Shown here one piece after another: positions 19,816 through 27,331 of a DNA stretch of 64,000 nucleotides. The notes under the pieces are model-generated. The model was not told where the DNA came from, ran no database searches, and saw only the letters and a list, made by a program, of their open reading frames with translations. Made by a program: the position numbers and the translations under genes. Within the stretch, counting starts at the first letter, position 1. Every line of letters starts with the position of its first letter. Source of the stretch: an uncultured bacterium (GTDB taxonomy: Bacteria; Verrucomicrobiota; Verrucomicrobiia; Limisphaerales; UBA8199); NCBI GenBank assembly GCA_963749495.1, contig CAVVMW010000022.1, positions 352,001 through 416,000 of the forward strand, given 5' to 3'.

Positions 19816-20154
19816 TCAACCTACTAGGATTGGATAGAAGGCGAATAAGAAGACGGTGACACTCGCAACCAGCGACACATAGGTCCATCGCTTGCGGAAC
19901 TTCACCATCTCAGGCGAGCTTTGCCTGAGGAGGCGGAGAGCGACTAACGACAGAAGCCCCAGTCCCACGGCGGTGAAGACGCATACGAACACAATGTCCC
20001 ACACGTGGTAGATCCGAGCCCGCCCGAGGGGACCCGTAATAGTGTAGGCCTGATGATGCAACCACCACTCCAGCACAATGGCGATGAGGCATGCCACGTT
20101 CTCTAAGAACAAGAGGACGTTGCACACTACGACAGAGACGCTCCCGGGCCTCAT
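19816..20154 (-). CDS. Small membrane protein, putative immunity protein
   Basis: 112 aa with about 3 hydrophobic segments, starting 30 bp after the RHS C-terminal domain. Confidence 0.6.
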   Translation of the reverse strand: MRPGSVSVVVCNVLLFLENVACLIAIVLEWWLHHQAYTITGPLGRARIYHVWDIVFVCVFTAVGLGLLSLVALRLLRQSSPEMVKFRKRWTYVSLVASVTVFLFAFYPILVG

Positions 20155-20183
20155 TGGTTAAGAGTCTGCTGGCGCCCCTGCCT

Positions 20184-20990
20184 TCATTGTGCTTTAGATT
20201 GGTCCGTGCTTTGTTGCCAATCGCCAGGCCATATCAGCGTGGGATACAACTGCGGTGTATCGTCGTAGTGCCAGTACCCGCCCCACTGGACGCTCCAGTA
20301 CACCGTTCCCTTGTCGGCTCCAGCAACGCAGACAATTTTCGTGCGCAGGTGCATGTAATAACTCCCCCTTGTGTACAGGAGCCAGGTTGGGCCGTAGGCG
20401 TATACCCCTGGATCGTCGCCCTGGGTTGCTTGGGTGTCAGAAGCAGGAAGATGATTCTTGACGTTGGCGCCAGCGAAAGCGTTGCAGTCCCATGTATCAC
20501 ATTGAGGCCGCTCGATGGGTCGTAGTTGTCGTCCTGCCATGTTCCGGAGCCGTAGTTGCTGCCCAAGGCTCTTTCCTGACGCCACTCGGCCCGTGTACAC
20601 GGCTTGCAGTTGCAGACGTTGTTCCACTTGCCGTCCGCTGGCGGCGTCCAGGTAATCGAGGAATCTATCGTCCGCTGATGTTTCCATCCCTGGTCGCTCT
20701 TTTCAGGAATTATGGTAACACTGATGGTGCCGTGGCCGGCCATCGAGTGAGTTTCACTGAATAGCCCCAAGGCATCGCAAGCCGTCAAAGGTGCGTTACC
20801 AACGAAGCCGTAGAGATTCGCTCCACCTCGCCGTCCAGCGGGGTCCCTGCTCAGCCACCTTCCCGTTAACGTGTTCAAATACCGATACCCGTAGTAAAGC
20901 AAATCCGTCTCATCATCTTGGAACTTGGTCGAGAAACGGAAGGGGTTGGCCTTGGCCATGGGGCCGGTGGCGCGGAGGAGTTCACCGATC
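20184..20990 (-). pseudogene. Orphan RHS core plus C-terminal toxin domain (frameshift at about 20495)
   Basis: GELLRATG..NPFRFSTK..LLYYGYRY..GRWLSRDP..NLYGFVGN..DALGL, followed by about 190 aa of unrecognised sequence. Confidence 0.85.
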
Positions 20991-21103
20991 AAAGGGGTCA
21001 ACCCATAACTTTTCACTTATGGGTCCTCTCACTTTGGTCCTTTGGTCTTCGTTTTGCCTGTAAAATTCGTTGTCAATGGGAAAAGTTATGGTTTGACCCC
21101 TTT
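20991..21103. mobile_element. 113-bp MITE with 24-bp TIRs (AAAGGGGTCAA..), copy 1
   Basis: TIRs match at 23/24 positions; no target duplication; joins non-adjacent RHS parts. Confidence 0.92.
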
Positions 21104-21548
21104 CCCGATGGTGTCGAACTGGTACTGGAATTGCTGGCCCGCGACAAGCGAGCCATCCCCCCAATACTTGTGCGCATTGGTAAGCTGCCCAAGGGGATCG
21201 TAGGCATAGACCCAGTACCAGTTGTCGGCATTGGTCATGTTCGTGCGCTGGTTGGCGCTGTTGCAGCCGTAGGCGTGCAAGTCCACAGTCCGCAGTCCAC
21301 CGTTGACAGTCGAAATCTGCGTCAGCCGGTTCAGGGCATCGTACTGTTTGGTCGTCGTCATCCGGGTCGTCCCGTTGTTGGCAAAGGTAATTTGGCCGAC
21401 CAGGGGCGAGTTGGCAAGATAAGAGTACGTGGCGGTGTTGTTGGCGCCGTCGCTGGCGGTCAGGAGGCGAGAGGCGGCGTCGAACCCGGAGGATTGTTGG
21501 ACGAATGGATTGCCGGATTGCTGGAGGGCCAGGCTGGTCCGGCGAATC
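21104..21548 (-). pseudogene. RHS/YD-repeat gene fragment 2 (paralogous to about 18850-19295)
   Basis: FDAASRLL, YSYLANSPLV, QYDALNRL, YAYDPLGQL and YQFDTIG; cut at both ends by MITEs. Confidence 0.88.
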
Positions 21549-21661
21549 AAAGGGGTCAACCCATAACTTTTCACTTATGGGTCCTCTCACTTTGGTCCTT
21601 TGGTCTTCGTTTTGCCTGTAAAACTCGTTGTCAATGGGAAAAGTTATGGTTTGACCCCTTT
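21549..21661. mobile_element. 113-bp MITE, copy 2
   Basis: Identical to copy 1 except for one substitution. Confidence 0.92.
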
Positions 21662-21930
21662 CTCTCGAAGCGATCATGTCCTCCGGCCTGCGGCATCTCT
21701 ACCTGGGCCACCTCAGCCGCGAGTGCAATCGGCCCGACCTGGCCTATCGAGTCATCCAGCAACGGTTGGCCAAGATCGGCGCCTCCCATGTCCGGGTCGA
21801 ACTCACCTCCCAATCGGTCCCCTGCTCTGCCCTGACCGTCCAGATCGACGGCGCCGAGGCGCCCCAGGCGCCGCCGGCGCCGCCGCCACGGCTTGCGGAA
21901 TCTCCGGTCCAGGCCCATTTGCCGATTTAG
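21662..21930 (+). pseudogene. 3' fragment of an MBL-fold metallo-hydrolase (YycJ/PhnP-like)
   Basis: LRHLYLGHLSRECNRPDLA resembles the HLS..N C-terminal motif. The 5' part is absent and replaced by the MITE. Confidence 0.65.
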
Positions 21931-22058
21931 TCGCTGATGTGTACCCGGCGTATGACACAACGCGCGTTGAGCAGTCGTCTCCCTCTCCCCATCGGATGGG
22001 GAGAGGGCCGGGGTGAGGGGTCTGCTCATGTGTCCCGTCCCACTTCCCACTGAGTCAC

Positions 22059-22904
22059 TTGTTCCACGCCCAACCCATAGTCGCCTTTGATTGGCCCGAG
22101 CTGGAGCCCTACCGCACGATGCGGCGCCAGCACGACCACCGCCAGCAGGGCCTCTTCGTGGCTGAAGGTGAGAAACTGGTCCGCCGCCTCCTGGAGAGCC
22201 GCTTCACCGTCGTCTCCGTGCTGCTGCCGGAAAAATGGCTGCGGGACCTGGCGCCGTTCCTCCAGGCCCGGCCCGAGGACATCAGCGTTTTCGTTGCGGA
22301 AAAGAAGCTGCTGGAGACGCTGACGGGCTTTTCGATGTACCAGGGATTGCTGGCGGTGGGGCGAGTGCCGCCGCCGCTCTCGTTGGAGAGGATCCTGGCG
22401 CAAGCAGCCAAACCACGCCTCCTTGCGGCCGCGGACGGGCTGTCGAGCGCGGAGAACCTCGGGGCCTTGGTCCGCAATTGTGCCGCCTTCAACGTGCAGG
22501 CCCTCATCGCGGGCGAGACGTGCGTCAGCCCCTACTTGCGCCGCGCAGTCCGCGGGTCCATGGGCGCCATCTTTCACCTGCCCGTCCTGGAGACCAAGAG
22601 CCTGGCCGGGACGCTGACCCAATTGCGGCAACACGGCGTTCGGGGCATCGCGGCCCATCCGCACGCGCGCGCCCGCCCTTTGTGCCAAGCCGATTTCTCC
22701 GGGGACTGCTGCCTGGTGTTCGGCAGCGAAGGCTACGGGCTCTCTGGCGCGGTGCTGGCAGCCTGCCAGGATGCCGCAACCATCCCCATGCCGCCCACGG
22801 TGGATTCCCTCAATGTGGGCAGCGCCGCAGCGGTCTTCTTCTACGAAGCAAATCGGCAACGCCTGCGTCGCGGGGCGCAGGGGTCCAACGAATGCGGGAG
22901 TTGA
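22059..22904 (+). CDS. TrmH/SpoU family RNA methyltransferase
   Basis: FVAEGEKLV, ENLGALVRN, LVFGSEGYGL and IPM...DSLNVGSAAAV motifs. Confidence 0.92.
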   Translation: MFHAQPIVAFDWPELEPYRTMRRQHDHRQQGLFVAEGEKLVRRLLESRFTVVSVLLPEKWLRDLAPFLQARPEDISVFVAEKKLLETLTGFSMYQGLLAVGRVPPPLSLERILAQAAKPRLLAAADGLSSAENLGALVRNCAAFNVQALIAGETCVSPYLRRAVRGSMGAIFHLPVLETKSLAGTLTQLRQHGVRGIAAHPHARARPLCQADFSGDCCLVFGSEGYGLSGAVLAACQDAATIPMPPTVDSLNVGSAAAVFFYEANRQRLRRGAQGSNECGS

Positions 22905-22947
22905 ACGGTTGACCCTGGAGACGGCAGTTGAATAGCCGCCAAAAGGC

Positions 22948-23101
22948 ATCGAGTAGAGCAGAGGCGCGAACATGATTAGGCCAATGACTTCCAGTGTATC
23001 GGCCCTTTCGGGCATCGTGGCAAACGGTCATCAGGCCATTCACTTCGTTTCCTCTGCCCCCTCTAAAATTCCGTACGGTGGTTTTTCCCCAGTACGGCTT
23101 T
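22948..23101 (-). ncRNA. Group II intron 3' fragment (domains V and VI only)
   Basis: The minus strand reads AAGCCGTACTGGGGAAAAACCACCGTACGGAATTTTAGAGGGGG (D5 with AGC triad), then a D6 stem ending CTCTACTCGAT. Confidence 0.82.
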
Positions 23102-23153
23102 TCTGCGGGCATTGAGCCGCGAGAAGGCGCAGAAGACGCAAAACATGAAGGAC

Positions 23154-23801
23154 CTACGCAGTCGAAGCAGAATGTCCTCGTTCGGCATCGGCGTCCAGCC
23201 AGCGAAGGAAGTCGCGAAAGAGGCTGGCCAGGGCCTTGGGGGTGAAATGGGCGTTGAGGCCGCTGGGGTTGGGCAGCACCCAAACCGGGGCGGCTGCGAG
23301 CCTCTCCGGCTGCAGGCCGGCGATGGCCGCAGGGCGCTCGAAGGCAGACCGGTAGGCGCCGATGCCCAGGACTGCCACGACCCGGGGCCGGCAGCGCTTG
23401 ACCTTTTCCTCGAGGACTCGGGCGCCAGCGAGCAATTCCCTCCGGCTGAGATGGTCGGCGGTGGCCGTTGCACGCTCCACGAGGTTGGTAATGCCGTACC
23501 CCAAGGGCAGCAACTGGCGCTCCTGGTCCGGGCGGAGCAAGCGCTCCGTAAAGGCCGAGGCGAAAAGCGCCGGCCAGAAGCGATTGCCGGGCCGCGCAAA
23601 GTGATGGCCTGCCCAGGCCGAATAGAGGCCCGGGTTGATCCCGCAGAAGAGGACTCGCAGACCGGGGCCGATGACATCCGGCACCGTCCGGCCCGCTGCG
23701 GCGAGCAACTCGGACCGCGTTGGCCTCCCGTGGGTTGAACCGCGCCCGCATGGTTTCTCTGGAGCGATCACGACCAGTGGATCAGATTTCCTCGTTTCCA
23801 T
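23154..23801 (-). CDS. mug: G/U mismatch-specific DNA glycosylase
   Basis: GINPG, HHFARPGNRFW and VLPNPSGLN motifs; AAGGAG RBS before the ATG. Confidence 0.92.
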   Translation of the reverse strand: METRKSDPLVVIAPEKPCGRGSTHGRPTRSELLAAAGRTVPDVIGPGLRVLFCGINPGLYSAWAGHHFARPGNRFWPALFASAFTERLLRPDQERQLLPLGYGITNLVERATATADHLSRRELLAGARVLEEKVKRCRPRVVAVLGIGAYRSAFERPAAIAGLQPERLAAAPVWVLPNPSGLNAHFTPKALASLFRDFLRWLDADAERGHSASTA

Positions 23802-24010
23802 TGCTTGCTCCTTTGTTCTTCTTTGGTCTCCGGGTAATTCTTGCACGCAACGGCCCTTTTTCCCAGGGAATTCTCGCAGAAGAACCCAAACGTGGGAGAG
23901 GGCAAACGAGACCGGTCTTTGGCCTGCGGATTGGTGCCGGATGGATCGAGCGCCCTGAGGCTTGAATGCGGCCTTGACGCGCGGTCACAGAGTTCTTAGA
24001 TTTCAGTCGA

Positions 24011-24208
24011 ATGGCAGTTGCAAAGACCAATGCCAAGCCGGTCGCGCGCCGAATGCGGAGCCAGCGCCAACTCAACGGCGCCGAACTCGCCCTGCTCTTG
24101 CGCAAAGCCGATTCGGCCAAATCGCCCGGGGAGAGGAAACGCCGGCGGCGGGAGTTTATGCGCGGCTTCTACGGCGACTCTCGGGCTGACGCCTATGCCA
24201 AGAGTTAG
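24011..24208 (+). CDS. Small basic hypothetical protein (putative antitoxin-like)
   Basis: 65-aa ATG ORF overlapping the next start codon. Confidence 0.55.
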   Translation: MAVAKTNAKPVARRMRSQRQLNGAELALLLRKADSAKSPGERKRRRREFMRGFYGDSRADAYAKS

Positions 24209-24323
24209 GCGGACAAACGTTCCGCCCGCACGGCTGGCCCATTTGATCGACCGACGCGCCAAGTGGGGTGTTTCTTACGACGAGATTGCTGCGCTGGCAG
24301 ACTGGCTGCAATCCAACCCGTTC
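24195..24323 (+). pseudogene. 5' part of a small hypothetical (putative toxin) gene truncated by MITE copy 3
   Basis: MPRVRRTNVPPARLAHLIDRRAKWGVSYDEIAALADWLQSNP runs into the MITE. Confidence 0.5.
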
Positions 24324-24436
24324 AAAGGGGTCAACCCATAACTTTTCACTTATGGGTCCTCTCACTTTGGTCCTTTGGTCTTCGTTTTGCCTGTAAAATT
24401 CGTTGTCAATGGGAAAAGTTATGGTTTGACCCCTTT
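24324..24436. mobile_element. 113-bp MITE, copy 3
   Basis: Identical to copy 1. Confidence 0.92.
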
Positions 24437-24440
24437 CCCC

Positions 24441-24575
24441 CGCGCCAGGCCGCTTACGAAAAGACCGGCCCGACCGCCGCCCCGCCTGCCCCCGCGCCCG
24501 AGCCTCATTGAGACCCCAACACCCTGGCCGTCCACACCCGCCAGCCAGTTCATCGCCCCGGCTCTGCTCTGCGAG
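24441..24575 (+). repeat. Duplicate of the GH2 3' end (4039-4184)
   Basis: Near-identical, with an 11-bp deletion. Confidence 0.92.
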
Positions 24576-24651
24576 CGGCAGATTTAGCTTCATCCGCGCA
24601 AGGCGAAGCCGTCCAGCGTCGCTACGCAACGCATACTTCTTCCAACGTCCG

Positions 24652-26861
24652 TGACCGTGGACCGAGGTCCACGGCTACCTTCACCGCGTCGCTCCGCGAC
24701 GGGCGCGCTGCGTTCGGCTCACCGCGTAGCGGTGCCTGAAGGTAGCCGTGGACTTCCAGTCCACGGACCCCTGGAGCAAGATCACCCGCGTCGCGTAGCG
24801 ACGCCTGGAAACCGCAACGCCGTCAAGCGTTGCTACGCGACGCGTGACGCGGCACAGGCTCGAGGCTCGTCCTACTCCGGCAGCGGCTTGCCTTTGGTCT
24901 CGGGTGCAAAGAGCAGGATCACCAACCCCACGAGGTAGATCAGCGCGATGGCGCTGGCGGCCCGGCCGAAGCTCCCCAGCCTGGTCATGAGGAACCCGGT
25001 GAGAAACGGACCGGTCGAGGCCAGCACGCGTCCGGCGTTGAAGCAGAAGCCGGCGCCGGTGGCGCGGATGCTGGTCGGGTAGAGTTCGGGCAGGTAGATC
25101 GGGAAACCGCTGAAGATGCCATTATTGAAGAAGCCGAGCAGCGGAAGGAGCAACAGCACCTGGCCGTACCAGTGCGGAGCCAGAAACGTCAGCGGCAGCA
25201 TCACCAGGCTGCCGGCGCACATCAGCGCGAAGACCGCGCGCCGGCCGAACCGGTCGGCCAGCGGACCAAAACTCAAATAACCGCCCAGGGCGCCGACATT
25301 GAGCAGCATCGCCGCCCAACTCACCCGCAGGGCTAGGTCGGCGGCGTTCAACCCTTTGAGGTCGGCGAGCGAACGGATCAACTCAGGCGTCCAGTTGGTG
25401 GCGCCCCAAAGGCCGAACACGGCCACCAAGGCGAGCCCGGAGCCGACCAAAGTCGCGCGCAGCCGGCCCGGCTTGAAGAGTTCCGGCAGCCTGGATCGTT
25501 GCCTCCCGCCCGCTCCACATTCCAATTCCCGCGCGCGGGCCCGCACCCACCGGTCAGGCTCTTTGACACAACGCCGCACCAGCAGGGCAAGGATGGCCGG
25601 GGCGATGCCGGCCAGGAAGAGCAGCCGCCAACTCTGATGGCGCAGGAGCAGGTTGAGCAGCGCCGCCATCAGAAAGCCCGCCGCCCAGGCGCTTTGCAGC
25701 GCCCCCGCCGCCTTGGCTCGCTTCTGCTCGGGCCAGACCTCCGCGACCAGCGCCGCCCCCGCCGCCCATTCGCCCCCGATCCCCAGCGCGGTCAGGAACC
25801 GGTACAGGGCCAGTTGCCACCAGGTCGCCGAGAGCGCCGCCAGCCCGGTAAACACCGCATAAAGGAGGATCGTCACGATCAGCGTCCGCGTCCGGCCAAA
25901 ACGGTCGGCCACGATGCCGAACAATATGCCCCCGACGGCCCAGCCGATGAGAAAGATGGAGAAGATGATGCCGCCATACTTGAGAATGATCTCAGTGGGC
26001 ACGGCGCCTCCTGCCGGCCCGGCCAGGAGATCCCGCAGCGCCGGGTGCAAGACCAGCGCGTAGATCGTGGCGTCCATCGAGTCGAATACCCAGCCCAACC
26101 AGGCCACCAGCAGAACCAGCCACTGGTAGCGCGTGGCGCCCTGATACCAGGAAACGGAGGCCGGTTGCTCGATTGCAGTCTGCATATTCCGTAAGCTGCT
26201 TGCACGGGCCAGGCCTCCCGCCTGCCCCGGCCCGCTGAATCTGGCCCCGAGCATACCCCGGCGCCCTCCACCTGGAAAGCCCTGCCTTGGCGGACATGCG
26301 CCTCTGGCCCAGTCGGTTGGGCATTTCCTGACACCGCCGCCCGGAGTGCGCCCGTCCCCGGGCGCAGCAGCGACGGAGTGAGCAGGCGCACCGGAGTACT
26401 TGACCGCTGCCCTGGCTGCGGACGCCGCTGCGCCCGGGGACGGGCGCACTCCCATCTCGCTGCGCCCGAGGACGGACGCACTCCCACCTCGTCGCAGCCG
26501 GGGGTGCGGTTGTCGGGATGCGCGCCTCACGCCGGGGGCGATTATGTGCTGAAGCGAGCGGTGCAAAGGCCCAGCAGGCATTTCATGCCGAGGACCTGAT
26601 TGGGTTGCGGCGTCTCGGCCCGTAGATGAAAATGGTTGGACATGAGGCAAAATGCCTCGACCTGCGACCCGGTTTTTTCGCAGGTTTGACCCAGGGCTTC
26701 CGTTGTGTCAATAGTTTCACTGACTCCGATTTAACCCAAGGGCTATTGCGCAAGGTCAATCAAGAAAGCGCTGCCCGGCACCGGTCCCTTGGAAGTCCAT
26801 GCGAAATAGTTGGTGACCCGGACTCACATTGTAAAAAAGTATAGGTGTGACCCCGATTTGC
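24652..26861. repeat. 2.2-kb direct duplicate of 14830-17040
   Basis: Colinear REP cluster, MFS gene, Y1 remnant and terminal unit; roughly two dozen differences by eye. Confidence 0.95.
24872..26185 (-). CDS. MFS transporter, copy 2
   Basis: 437 aa; about six amino-acid differences from copy 1. Confidence 0.9.
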   Translation of the reverse strand: MQTAIEQPASVSWYQGATRYQWLVLLVAWLGWVFDSMDATIYALVLHPALRDLLAGPAGGAVPTEIILKYGGIIFSIFLIGWAVGGILFGIVADRFGRTRTLIVTILLYAVFTGLAALSATWWQLALYRFLTALGIGGEWAAGAALVAEVWPEQKRAKAAGALQSAWAAGFLMAALLNLLLRHQSWRLLFLAGIAPAILALLVRRCVKEPDRWVRARARELECGAGGRQRSRLPELFKPGRLRATLVGSGLALVAVFGLWGATNWTPELIRSLADLKGLNAADLALRVSWAAMLLNVGALGGYLSFGPLADRFGRRAVFALMCAGSLVMLPLTFLAPHWYGQVLLLLPLLGFFNNGIFSGFPIYLPELYPTSIRATGAGFCFNAGRVLASTGPFLTGFLMTRLGSFGRAASAIALIYLVGLVILLFAPETKGKPLPE

Positions 26862-26863
26862 CG

Positions 26864-27331
26864 ATTTCATGCTGAGGACCAGATTGCGTTGCGGCCTCTC
26901 GGCCCGTAGATGAAAATTGTTGGACATTAGGCAAAATGCCTGGACCTGCCAGCCGGTCCTTTCGCCGGTTTGACCCAGGGCTTCCGTTGTGTCAATAGTT
27001 TCACTGACTCCGATTTAACCCAAGGGCTATTGCGCAAGGTCAATCAAGAAAGCGCTGCCCGGCACCGGTCCCTTGGAAGTCCATGCGAAATAGTTGGTGA
27101 CCCGGACTCACATTGTAAAAAAGTATAGATGTGACCCCGATTTGCAGTTCCGCTGACTCCGATTTAACCCAAGGGCTATTGCGCAAGGTCAATCAAGAAA
27201 GCGCTGCCCGGCACCGGTCCCTTGGAAGTCCATGCGAAATAGTTGGTGACCCGGACTCACATTGTAAAAAAGTATAGATGTGACCCCGATTTGTAGATGT
27301 GACCCCGATTTGTAGATGTGACCCCGATTTG
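26864..27331. repeat. Head-to-tail ladder of truncated copies sharing the end TGACCCCGATTTG
   Basis: Units at 26864-27144, 27146-27293, 27294-27312 and 27313-27331. Confidence 0.92.

Noticed and set aside
18850..21548. Diversity-generating retroelement TR/VR pair in the two RHS paralogues
   Set aside because: Differences are not confined to adenines and no reverse transcriptase is present.
20991..24436. 113-bp repeats as a CRISPR array or integron attC sites
   Set aside because: Spacing is 0.4-2.7 kb, the repeats have TIRs, they cut genes internally, and there is no integrase or GTTRRRY core arrangement.
27275..27331. CRISPR-like repeats (19 bp x3)
   Set aside because: The units are directly adjacent with no spacers, there are no cas genes, and they are the tip of a larger terminal unit.
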